Assembly: GCF_900232105.1 (NCBI RefSeq)
Contig: NZ_LT934425.1
Span: 4,320,001-4,352,000 of the forward strand
Reading direction: 5' to 3'
DNA length: 32,000 nucleotides
From: Candidatus Kuenenia stuttgartensis
Lineage (GTDB): Bacteria > Planctomycetota > Brocadiia > Brocadiales > Brocadiaceae
Positions 1 through 8,394 of this stretch are shown here, piece by piece. Numbering within the stretch: position 1 is the first letter of the stretch; every line of letters starts with the position of its first letter. The translations under genes and the position numbers were made by a program. Below the pieces are notes generated by a model. It worked only from the letters and a program-made list of their open reading frames with translations, had not been told where the DNA came from and ran no database searches.

Positions 1-140
1 CACTACTTTGTTTACGTGTCGCCATCCATACCCCGACAGATTTACCGATTGCTTTTGGTTGTTGCTTCATCAGTAATACTAACTTTCACCATCTTTGCAG
101 TGGTTCAGTATCTGTTTCGCCGCCACTTCGCAAGTTCTAT

Positions 141-1993
141 CGGATGTTCACCCCTGCCAAAACGCATAAGTGCTTAATAAATAGTTGGTTAAGGCTGTAT
201 TTTTAATAAATATGTAGTCACTAATATATTGTTATTATACGACAATATACTTGACGGATAATGGTTGTTATCTGTACAATGGTGGACATGCATATTGTAG
301 AGAACAAGTCAAAATCCGGTAAAAAAATCTATCGATCTACCCTTCTGCGGGAATCGTACCGTGAGGATGGGAAGGTCAAGAAACGCACCATTGCGAATCT
401 GTCGAATTGCACTCCCCTGGAGATTGAAGCGATAAGACTTGCACTCGCACATAAAGACGATCTCTGTGCATTGGGCGCATTGTCAGAATCGGTGAAACTC
501 CATGAGGGTTTGTCTGTGGGAGCAGCGTGGAGCGTGTACCAAGTGGCAAAGGAATTAGGGATAGAAGAGGCATTGGGAAAGGACTTTGAAGGAAAGCTGG
601 CGCTTTGGCAAGTAATGGCAAGGGTAATAGGCCAGGGGTCAAGACTGTCTGCAGTAAGGCTGGCGCAGATACATGCTGCGGGTGACGTCCTGGATATGAA
701 GCGTGGGTTTGACGAGAACAATCTGTACGATAATTTGTCATGGTTGTCAGAGAATCAGGCAAAGATAGAGCGAAAGCTGTTTGAGTTAAGACGAGGAGGC
801 AATAAGCCGAAGTTGTTTTTGTATGACGTGACGAGCAGTTATTTAGAGGGGAAGTCGAATCATTTTGGTGAGTACGGGTATAATCGTGACGGCAAAAAGA
901 GGAAAAAACAGATAGTGATCGGTATGCTTTGTGATGAATCCGGGGAGCCGGTATCAACAGAAGTATTTAGGGGCAACACCCAGGATCCGAAGACCTTTGA
1001 ATCTCAGGTAAAGAAGGTATTAGAGCGGTTTGGATGCAAAGATGTAACGATTGTAGGAGATCGTGGGATGATCAAGACGGTGCAAATCGAAAGTTTACCG
1101 GAAGGGTTTCATTACATAACGGCGATAACCAAGCCGCAGATAGAGTCGTTGATAAATAAAGGGATACTGCAATTAGGATTGTTCGAAGAAAAGCTCTGCG
1201 AGATAAAGGATGATGAGGTTCGATATATTCTGAGGCGCAATCCGGTAAGGGCGGAAGAGATGTCAAAGACCCGTGTATCAAAATTACAGAGTATAGAGAA
1301 ATACATCGCGAAGAAGAACAGTTATCTGAAGGAACATCCTAAGTCGTCAGTATCGAAGGCACTGGAAACAACAAGGGAAAGGCTAACGAGATTGAAACTT
1401 GATGGGTGGGTGCAGATAAAAGAAGAGGATAGGACGCTAAAGATAGAGAGAGATGAGGAAGCATTAAAGGAGGCATCATACCTTGATGGTTGTTACGCAA
1501 TCAAGACTGATCTTGAGGAGAACGAGGCGGATACCAATCTGGTACATGAACGATACAAGGATTTAACGGAAGTGGAGAAGGCGTTTCGGGACTGTAAGAC
1601 GGTGAATTTGGAGGTTCGTCCGGTGTATGTAAGAAAGGAGGATAGTACACGGGGACATGTGTTTGTGGTAATGCTTGCGTACATGATAATTCGAAGGCTG
1701 CGCAGAGCGTGGAAGAATTTTGACTTGACGGTAGAGGAAGGTCTCGCACAATTGACGACCATTTGTTCGATGGAAGTAACAATCAAAGGCCAAAAAGCTA
1801 GTTGCCAGAAGATCCCGCGTCCGCGGCAACAATCACATGAATTATTAGAGGCATTACAGATAAAGTTGCCAGAAGTATTGCCAAGCCGGAACATACGGGT
1901 AGTCACTAGAAAAAAGCTTGCTGTTCGGCGTAAAAGTCAATAAATATAAGGCTTTTACGGCACTTTTGTTTTTTGACTTGGGGTGAACATCCG
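141..1993 (+). mobile_element. IS1634-family insertion sequence, copy 1 (complete, 1853 bp)
   Basis: Terminal inverted repeats CGGATGTTCACCCC (141-154) and GGGGTGAACATCCG (1980-1993). A 6-bp direct repeat TTCTAT lies at 135-140 and 1994-1999. One 560-aa transposase ORF sits inside. Two further near-identical copies occur in the window. Confidence 0.9.
261..1943 (+). CDS. IS1634-family DDE transposase
   Basis: 560-aa ORF. The N-terminus (IVENKSKSGKKIYRSTLLRESYREDGKVKKRTIANLS) and length are typical of IS1634-group IS4-superfamily transposases. It differs at 4 residues from the copy at 28547-30229. Confidence 0.88.
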   Translation: MVVICTMVDMHIVENKSKSGKKIYRSTLLRESYREDGKVKKRTIANLSNCTPLEIEAIRLALAHKDDLCALGALSESVKLHEGLSVGAAWSVYQVAKELGIEEALGKDFEGKLALWQVMARVIGQGSRLSAVRLAQIHAAGDVLDMKRGFDENNLYDNLSWLSENQAKIERKLFELRRGGNKPKLFLYDVTSSYLEGKSNHFGEYGYNRDGKKRKKQIVIGMLCDESGEPVSTEVFRGNTQDPKTFESQVKKVLERFGCKDVTIVGDRGMIKTVQIESLPEGFHYITAITKPQIESLINKGILQLGLFEEKLCEIKDDEVRYILRRNPVRAEEMSKTRVSKLQSIEKYIAKKNSYLKEHPKSSVSKALETTRERLTRLKLDGWVQIKEEDRTLKIERDEEALKEASYLDGCYAIKTDLEENEADTNLVHERYKDLTEVEKAFRDCKTVNLEVRPVYVRKEDSTRGHVFVVMLAYMIIRRLRRAWKNFDLTVEEGLAQLTTICSMEVTIKGQKASCQKIPRPRQQSHELLEALQIKLPEVLPSRNIRVVTRKKLAVRRKSQ

Positions 1994-2553
1994 TTCTATG
2001 GTGGTCTGCGTAACGAGGTTGCAATATTCCCTTTATGGTACGACCCGTAAACTTGTTTGCCCTTCGCTTGCAAGGACTTTTACTTCTGAGCTTTCATATT
2101 GCAAGTTACCTTTACAATATGTCAGATATAGCTAATCGGTCAAACAACCAATTTCCGATATGGGACTTTCACCCATTTAGTAATGCAGCATTATAGGCTG
2201 CGAACAAAGACGCTCAGAAATTTTGCGGCAAGACCTTTTCTTGCACTTCAAATGCTTCGCTTGTAATGTAGAGAACAAAAAAAAGCCTTTATTTTTTACT
2301 CTCTCTTTTTCATTACTACAGGGATACTCCCACTCCATTTTGCTTGTTTTGCTCATTTTTGCCGATTTACATGAGAACCCTATCGTTTTTTACTTTCTTC
2401 TCCACTTATTGACGGGAGCTTTTGGCACAAATTCTTGATCCGTGTCTTTCGTAGGGTGACTTTGACGTTGCCGTATCTGCATGAAGGGTTGAAAGTATAG
2501 TGAGTAGATGTTAAACTTAGGGCGTAGAATAAGGGAAGCGAGGGTACCAAGGG

Positions 2554-3864
2554 GTGAAAAGAGACAAACATTCGCCCAAAACATCAGAAAAACAGAGTCA
2601 TCAAAAGGAGAACTGCCACGCCATGAGAAAAAGATTCGAGCCGCAAAGGAGACTTGGAAGCACACCAATATCAGAGGTAGAAATTCCCGAAAAGAGCAGG
2701 GATGAGTTAGCGCCGATTTTGAGGGCATTACAATACATATTTGTTACAGAGGAATTACGAGAGGAAGTATTCAGGGTATTGGAAGCAAAGGTAAAGGGTG
2801 GGAAGAAAGAGACAGGGCGTAATGGTATGGAGTTATGGCAGATAATGGTAATAGGAGTGGTGAGATTGGGATTAGATGCGGATTATGACAGGTTGGAAGA
2901 TATGGTGAATCACCATAGTCTGATTCGTCAGATAATGGGAGTAGATACCGTATTTGGGAGGGGTAAGAAGTATTCGCTGCAAAGCATCAAGGATAACGTA
3001 AGATTGCTCGATGAGGAGACGTTGGGGAAGATTAATGATGTGGTGGTAAAGGCAGGCCAGAGGCTGGCAAAGAACGGACGGGAGGAGAAGCTCCGCATAA
3101 AGACGGATACGTATGTGGTGGAGACAAACGTACATTTTCCTACGGACATGAATTTGCTGTGGGATGCGGGTAGGAAGTGCCTTGATGGGATAGAGGCATT
3201 TATAGAGGGAGGGGTATTGAACGGGAAAGGATGGAGAAAGGTAAAGAATTGGAGGAAAGAGCTAAAGAGTCTGATGAGGAGTAGTTCGAAAGCGGCAAGT
3301 GGTGGTGGAAACAAGAAAGAGGAGGCGGTTAAGAAGCAAGTAAAAGAGTATCTTGGATTAGCAAAGAGATTAAGTGAGAAGATAGGTGCGAGCATAATAG
3401 CGGTGTACGAAAAAATATTAACAACGGGTGCGGAAGAAATGCAGAAAGAGGCATTGGAGTCGATGGAATATTTTTATCAGATGCTGGAGAAGCACAGAGA
3501 TTTGGTAGAGAGGAGAATTATCAAGGAAGAGCAAATACCGGTAGGGGAAAAGGTATATTCACTGTTTGAACCACACACAGAATGGTTGAGTAAAGGGAAG
3601 GCGAATAAGAGGGTGGAATTAGGCCACAATCTGGTGATAGCAAGTGACCAATGGGGGTTTATCGGATATCACCAAGTAGTGGAAAAAGAAGCAGATGTGG
3701 CGTTAATTCTGCCGTTAGCAGACAAGCTATTAAATTTGTTTGGTGAAGAAGAGATAGAAAGTATAAGTGCAGACAAGGGTTTTTACAAGAAGGAATACAA
3801 GGAACTGATAAGTCTTTATATACCGAAAGTGATCATACCGAAGAAAGGAAAAAGGGGGAGGGTA
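2554..3864 (+). pseudogene. DDE transposase (IS5/IS1182/ISNCY-like, family not resolved), 3'-truncated
   Basis: Contains TDTYVVETNVHFPTDMNLLWD and SADKGFY motifs, matching the first and second D regions of IS5-type DDE enzymes. The likely true start is ATG 2623, preceded by AAAGGAG. Homology ends near KKGKRGR (~3864), where the ORF runs into IS66-type sequence. Confidence 0.6.
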
Positions 3865-4155
3865 AGAAGGACAAAGGCACGGAATCTTCTGGAACGATTG
3901 AGGAAGTATGAGGGAGATGTGCTGAGGTTTATGGACAATAAAAATGTCCCATTTACGAACAATTTGGCAGAAAACGATATCAGGATGACGAAGGTTCAGC
4001 AGAAGATATCTGGCTGTTTTCGTTCTTTGGAATGAGCGAAAATTTTCTGCCGCATCCGGAGTTATCTCTCGACCTGTCGAAAGCAAGGGGTAAATTTGAG
4101 CCGGGCATTACAGATGCTATTCCGTGGCGAATTGCCTGATTTTGCTAGCTCGTAG
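3865..4155 (+). pseudogene. IS66-family transposase C-terminal fragment
   Basis: NLLERLRKYEGDVLRFMDNKNVPFTNNLAENDIRMTKVQQKISGCFRSLE*AKIFCRIRSYLSTCRKQGVNLSRALQMLFRGELP is colinear with IS66-family C-termini. An in-frame TGA at 4033-4035 sits where Gly is expected. There is no N-terminal part. Confidence 0.65.
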
Positions 4156-4189
4156 CGACAGTGGGTGAAAATACGCTGAATAGATACGT

Positions 4190-4736
4190 TTCTTCATGTA
4201 TTCTTTGTCTAATGTCTTCACCGTATCCCAGTCCAGCTTGAACTCCTTCGCCACATCCTTTACGGTCATAGTACGGCACTTCCGTCCTACAGAATAGGCA
4301 AATCGCTTAGTGTAAAAGGGATTGTCCGCAAGCCATTCCAGTTTTTCCCGCTTCACCTTTTTGCACTTCCGACATAATACTCGCCGCACCTCCACTTCCA
4401 GGTAAATCCGTGCATCTCCACAGGATAAATCCCGTACCAGACGCACCTTCTTGTCGTAATGACTCCAATGAATCTTTCCACAACACCCACATACCGTTTT
4501 TTTTGTGTCCGCTTAAGTCTAAATAACACGTGCCTTCGAGTCTCCAAATATCCCCTTAATTTCTGCTATCGGACTAAACCCGGGGAACCTGTATTCGTCC
4601 AGCAGTCGTCTCTTTTTTTCCATGCAAGTATCATACAGTTTTTTTTGCTCATAAAAAACTTCTTTTTCCCCTTATTTTATGCTATGTTGCAGTCAATTCA
4701 TGACTCATTTTTACCCACTCACTTGCCTGAAGAGCC
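4190..4736 (-). mobile_element. ISL3-family element, 5' fragment with decayed transposase N-terminus
   Basis: The terminus GGCTCTTCAGGCAAGTGAGTGGGTAA (reverse complement, ending at 4736) resembles the IRs of the intact ISL3 at 26685-28065. Reading from ATG 4623 gives a CxxC...CxxC zinc-finger/HTH N-terminus (VCGCCGKIHWSHYDKKVRLVRDLSCGDARIYLEVEVRRVLCRKCKKV). Two in-frame stops (TAG, TAA) lie near 4518-4526. Homology stops after DKEYMKK (~4190). Confidence 0.7.
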
Positions 4737-4759
4737 ATATTAAGATGCGACCCCAAGTC
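4737..4759 (-). repeat. Unclassified repeat, copy 0 (23-nt stub cut by the ISL3 fragment)
   Basis: ATATTAAGATGCGACCCCAAGTC matches the right-hand end of the 166-169-bp repeats at 4806-4974 and 5661-5826. It abuts the ISL3 terminus at 4736. Confidence 0.7.
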
Positions 4760-4805
4760 TCCATTAGAGTTTTTACGTCTTTTTCCCTTTTCCGTCATTT
4801 CTGCT

Positions 4806-4974
4806 ACGGCAACGTTTCATTAAAACATGGCAGAAATTACAAAAAAATCAGGAATGCATCCGTTGATGATATCAACCGTTCGTGGCGTTCAAAGAATGTT
4901 GGGTTTCGCTTTGCTTTCTCTTCGAGTCGTGCCTCATCCAACCTGGCTTAATATTTAAGATACGACCCCAAGTC
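4806..4974 (-). repeat. Unclassified 169-bp direct repeat, copy A (downstream of hicB)
   Basis: Aligns end to end with 5661-5826 (ACGGCAAC...TTCATTAAAACATGGCAGAAATTACAAAAA...GAATGTTGGGTTTCGCTTTGCTTTCTCTTCGAGTCGT...GGCTTAATATTTA.GAT.CGACCCCAAGTC). There are scattered substitutions and one short indel block. Confidence 0.85.
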
Positions 4975-5097
4975 TACCATTTTACCTGCCTGTGCGATGC
5001 ATTTGACCCTAAATCACCTATTTTATGCAGATTGCCTCTTGATGTGATATGATAAAATGTGCCTTCAAATTCCAATCTCTGACTCTGTTTGCCTTTT

Positions 5098-5298
5098 TTA
5101 CAAGGCATTTACAAGAGCTTCTTTTAATACCACCTTTATTTTAGGCTTTTTGATTTCCAGTATAAGCTCAATAACCTCTTTTATATTATGAATGGCCTCC
5201 TCTATTGTTTTTCCCTGAGTAAAACAATTTGAGTGTTCCTTGCACTGTGCAATGTAAAACTTTTCCCCCTTGGCTATGGTAACGGTAAATGTTTGCAT
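5098..5298 (-). CDS. hicB: HicB-like (UPF0150) antitoxin
   Basis: 66 aa. MQTFTVTIAKGEKFYIAQCKEHSNCFTQGKTIEEAIHNIKEVIELILE fits the small HicB/UPF0150 pattern. It lies 15 nt downstream of a HicA-like ORF on the same strand. Confidence 0.8.
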   Translation of the reverse strand: MQTFTVTIAKGEKFYIAQCKEHSNCFTQGKTIEEAIHNIKEVIELILEIKKPKIKVVLKEALVNAL

Positions 5299-5313
5299 TG
5301 GTATACCTCTTTT

Positions 5314-5520
5314 TTAGTTAATATGTCTTTTAAATTCTTCCCATTCAATTTGTATTTCTTTGGCGATAGCCCTTGCCGTATCGCGGTCAATTTCTTTGTG
5401 TCTGCCTACAGGGATATTTATTTCCCCATTTGTAAAAATAGTATGATTGCCGCCTTCCCGCAAAAATGTAAAACCATATTCCCTTAAAACTTTTATAATC
5501 TTTGACCGTTTATAACTCAT
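5314..5520 (-). CDS. hicA: HicA-like (YcfA family) mRNA-interferase toxin
   Basis: MSYKRSKIIKVLREYGFTFLREGGNHTIFTNGEINIPVGRHKEIDRDTARAIAKEI matches the HicA pattern (xxLxxxGFxxxRxxGSHxxF...VPxH). The track ORF extends to 5625, but homology starts at the internal ATG at 5520. Confidence 0.75.
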   Translation of the reverse strand: MSYKRSKIIKVLREYGFTFLREGGNHTIFTNGEINIPVGRHKEIDRDTARAIAKEIQIEWEEFKRHIN

Positions 5521-5660
5521 AAAAAACAATCGCTGTCCCAATTTAACCTGATACATTTTCTTTTTTCTAATGCCATGCGCTTCAAACCAATGCACCTCAG
5601 CAAGACGTATAGTATCATCGGTCAAATGAACATGAACAATCCCTGTCAGGGGTTAACACA

Positions 5661-5826
5661 ACGGCAACATTTCATTAAAACATGGCAGAAATTACAAAAA
5701 ACCAGAAATGCATCCCTTTACATCAACCGTTCGTGGTATTCAAAGAATGTTGGGTTTCGCTTTGCTTTCTCTTCGAGTCGTACCTCAATCCAACTTGGCT
5801 TAATATTTAGGATGCGACCCCAAGTC
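5661..5826 (-). repeat. Unclassified 166-bp direct repeat, copy B (upstream of hicA)
   Basis: Same unit as 4806-4974, in the same orientation. Confidence 0.85.
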
Positions 5827-6018
5827 CTCCCTGATTTCTGGCAATGCACATGATAGATTCATTGCTTTCGTTTGCAAAAAAGTAAATCCTCCTACCATTT
5901 ATGTACAAGATTGTGTGCATTGATTTTCTTCTCCTAATCCGAAGAAAGCAGGGGAAAATATAGGGACACTTCCAATATTTATCCACCAGATTAAGCAAGA
6001 AATATGGGAAGTGTCCCC

Positions 6019-7400
6019 ATAAGCGCTAACTTGTTTTAGGTATGCTCGAAGTATTTTGATATCTGTGTTTTTCGGATTCTTGTATTTTCTGCTAAAGAAC
6101 AAGCAATGTCATTCCAGCACTTAAGAACTTCCTGTAATGATAACGCTGGTTCTATAGCCCGTTTTACTTGATTAGGCATAAAAGCAAATTCACGCCATTT
6201 GCTTTTAGTCTTCTTGCTTGACAATGAAGTATCCCCAGGGGGAAAAAGACGTAGCAAAATCTATTAGTTTTTCTGTCAAAAGAGCAACGAATAGTTTGCC
6301 ATAAAGCCAAGCTTTTGAGCTATCATCATCGTATTTAGGTAAGTGTCCAAATTGTGCTATTTGTTTAAATCTTTTAAAGACCAGTTCAATTTGCCATCGA
6401 ACTCGATACCATTCTAAGATATCAAAAGCGGTAAATTGATTTTCAGGAAACGTTGTGAATACTATTACGTACTTGGCATAAATAAGGGTCTCCGGTTTTA
6501 GTTCAATGCCCTTTTTGCTTGCATGTCTTTTAAGTTTTTTATGAGCTATTTTAATGGCTTCTTCTGTTTTGCGTATTATACAAAGACGACCTTTGACATA
6601 TTCAGTATTATCAACGTTTGGAATAAAAACGTTCCATGATTTTATAGCAAGGGGTCTTTTTAAATATTGGATTTCTTTCAATAAAGGAAAGGGTTTCTTT
6701 TCTTCGCCGAATATCCGTAGAGATTGCGAATTAACTCTAACGCTAAGATAAGCGCCTTTCCTTGTTGCATGATGAATTCCTTGGCCAGTACAGTAACCTC
6801 TGTCAGCTATAATATAATCATCTTTTTTCATCGGAAACTGCCGAAAAGATTCTCCTGTGCCTTCTCCTTCAGTTCCCGTAAGTTTAAAGAAATCGCAAGA
6901 TAATGAAGGAACCTCAATACTATAATGAATGCGCCAAAGACTTCCTGTTTTCCCAGGTTCCTTTACTGTTGTTGCATCAAATAAGCGAAGATGAAAATTA
7001 TTCCGTTTATTAATTTGGAGGCCACGCTCACGGAATAAAGATAAACATAATTTATATAGCCATTCTTTGCTCTTTTTTAATCGCTTTAATAAGGCAACAT
7101 CGGATAAATCTGCTAAGTTAGCACGCTTGGCTCGAACTACTGTTTCACGCAATGAATAGCCACATCCTAAATGAATTAATAATGTTCGAAGAAGCTTTTC
7201 TTCAGATTTATCCTTGCGCAAGCCTTTTAAAGCATTTGTATCAACGGCTAAACTTTTCCAATCGTTTGGGAAGAAAGTTCTTAGAAGATCCCAATCTTCT
7301 CTCATCATGGCTTTATCCTCCTATAGAGTGATTAGCGGGATAATTAATATAAAAATACCATGATGAATAAAATTTGTCAATAAAACAAGTTAGCGCTTAT
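6019..7400 (-). mobile_element. IS4-family insertion sequence (complete, 1382 bp)
   Basis: Perfect 20-bp terminal IRs ATAAGCGCTAACTTGTTTTA (6019-6038) and TAAAACAAGTTAGCGCTTAT (7381-7400). A 13-bp direct repeat GGGAAGTGTCCCC lies at 6006-6018 and 7401-7413. Confidence 0.85.
6205..7308 (-). CDS. IS4-family DDE transposase
   Basis: 367 aa. Motifs LRLFDATT, IIADRGY and YRVRWQIELVFKRFK (the Y-2-R-3-E-6-K signature of IS4). Confidence 0.85.
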   Translation of the reverse strand: MMREDWDLLRTFFPNDWKSLAVDTNALKGLRKDKSEEKLLRTLLIHLGCGYSLRETVVRAKRANLADLSDVALLKRLKKSKEWLYKLCLSLFRERGLQINKRNNFHLRLFDATTVKEPGKTGSLWRIHYSIEVPSLSCDFFKLTGTEGEGTGESFRQFPMKKDDYIIADRGYCTGQGIHHATRKGAYLSVRVNSQSLRIFGEEKKPFPLLKEIQYLKRPLAIKSWNVFIPNVDNTEYVKGRLCIIRKTEEAIKIAHKKLKRHASKKGIELKPETLIYAKYVIVFTTFPENQFTAFDILEWYRVRWQIELVFKRFKQIAQFGHLPKYDDDSSKAWLYGKLFVALLTEKLIDFATSFSPWGYFIVKQED

Positions 7401-7631
7401 GGGAAGTGTCCCCTAATTCCCCTTCGGCTAATTAAATGACACAGCTAAGATGTTATTTATCAATGATTTTCGTTCTTATCTGTAACAAATAGCTTTATCA
7501 ATATAATCATTGTTTTAATCTCCACTTCACACACCGTGGTAATATTTCGCTCAATGCGCTTTTCTGCCTTCTGTAGTAAAAACGCATATCTTCCATAACC
7601 TCCGTCTCTTTGTCAAGCTTGGTATAATTGC

Positions 7632-7967
7632 TCAAAATTTGAACATATTTTTAATGATAGATTTTACGGCATTTAGTTCTGCTTCTGCCAATGTTCCCAA
7701 TGGTTTGATCACGTATTTTTTTTCGATTGTTGCCTGCTTACTAATTCTTATAAAGGATTCCACAAGAAGACCGCAACTTTTCCATTCAACGATTTTATAA
7801 TCAGTCCCAGTGGTATATTCCTGTGTTGTTATTCTTGCTATGAGAATATCTTGATCCCCCGAATCGTATAAAATAAGGGCAGGCCTTTTAGAAATGTCCT
7901 GCAAGTCAGTATGGGGAAATCTCACAAGAATAATTTCGCCAAAGTTATAGGTTGTCATATATGGCAT
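7632..7967 (-). CDS. mazF: MazF/PemK-family toxin
   Basis: 111 aa. FGEIILVRFPHTDLQDISKRPALIL...ILIARITTQ...GLLVESFIRISKQATIEKKYVIKPLGTL fits the PemK/MazF fold pattern. It overlaps the upstream antitoxin ORF by 23 nt. Confidence 0.8.
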   Translation of the reverse strand: MPYMTTYNFGEIILVRFPHTDLQDISKRPALILYDSGDQDILIARITTQEYTTGTDYKIVEWKSCGLLVESFIRISKQATIEKKYVIKPLGTLAEAELNAVKSIIKNMFKF

Positions 7968-8148
7968 CCTTTTCCGAGTAACCTTTCAGGAACTGTGACA
8001 TCGCAAAGTTATTCCACGCTGTTTCCTCATCATCAAGCAAAAGCATGATTCTTACCTTTGAATCAGGTTTCAGTTTATCCTTAAGACCTTTTGGAATAGA
8101 CAAATGCCCATCAGGCAAAACCTCTGCATAATATTCATAAGCTTTCAT
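7945..8148 (-). CDS. mazE: AbrB/MazE/SpoVT-type antitoxin
   Basis: 67 aa. The PDGHLSIPKGLKDKLKPDSKVRIML swapped-hairpin-like segment sits directly upstream of mazF, with AAGGAG 8 nt before the ATG. Confidence 0.65.
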   Translation of the reverse strand: MKAYEYYAEVLPDGHLSIPKGLKDKLKPDSKVRIMLLLDDEETAWNNFAMSQFLKGYSEKDAIYDNL

Positions 8149-8273
8149 GTTTTACACTCCTTAAATTTGATGATTAAAATAACATTTTCCCGCTCCGCAA
8201 ATTGGCAATTATTCGCTCAATGCGTTTTTCTGCTCTTTGTCGTAAAAGACTAATGCAATCCAATACCTCGTTT

Positions 8274-8302
8274 TTTAAATGGTTAAGATGTGTGCATGTC
8301 AA
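8274..8302 (-). promoter_or_regulatory. Candidate sigma70-type promoter for mazEF
   Basis: On the minus strand, TTGACA (8302-8297), an exact 17-nt spacer, then TTTAAA (8279-8274), about 125 nt upstream of mazE. Motif match only. Confidence 0.35.
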
Positions 8303-8320
8303 GAATTGCTCGTGTAGTCG

Positions 8321-8394
8321 CACGAGGCTGTCAAAGTTTTTCATAAGCACATAATATACAAAGATAAGTATCGTGTCCCCCGGAATTCTAATTA
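8321..8394 (+). mobile_element. Terminal fragment of an ISAs1-type (DUF4338-carrying) element, cut by IS630
   Basis: CACGAGGCTGTCAAAGTTTTTCATAAGCACATAATATACAAAGATAAG aligns with the ends of the elements at 22881 and 16432 (CACGGCGCTGTCAAAGTTTTCCATAAGCGCATAATATACAAAGATATG). Homology stops at the TA target of IS630 (8393-8394). Confidence 0.55.

Noticed and set aside
329-1906. Long antisense ORFs inside the IS1634 copies (for example 376-957 and 1493-1906, with their equivalents at 28584-30161 and 30806-31783)
   Set aside because: They lie wholly antisense to a well-supported transposase gene, have low-complexity Ser/Pro/Leu-rich composition and repeat only because the IS repeats. They are shadow ORFs.
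4737-5826. Integron attC sites or a CRISPR array as the explanation for the hicAB-flanking repeats
   Set aside because: I found no RYYYAAC / GTTRRRY core pair at the unit ends in either orientation, and no integrase nearby. The unit is far too long and the spacing too irregular (46 bp and 686 bp) for CRISPR. This remains untested by covariance models.
4679-5853. ORFs 4679-4951 and 5575-5853 sharing the peptide NVGFRFAFSSSR
   Set aside because: The shared peptide only reflects the 166-169-bp DNA repeat. The ORFs start in unrelated sequence, lack ribosome-binding sites and differ outside the repeat.
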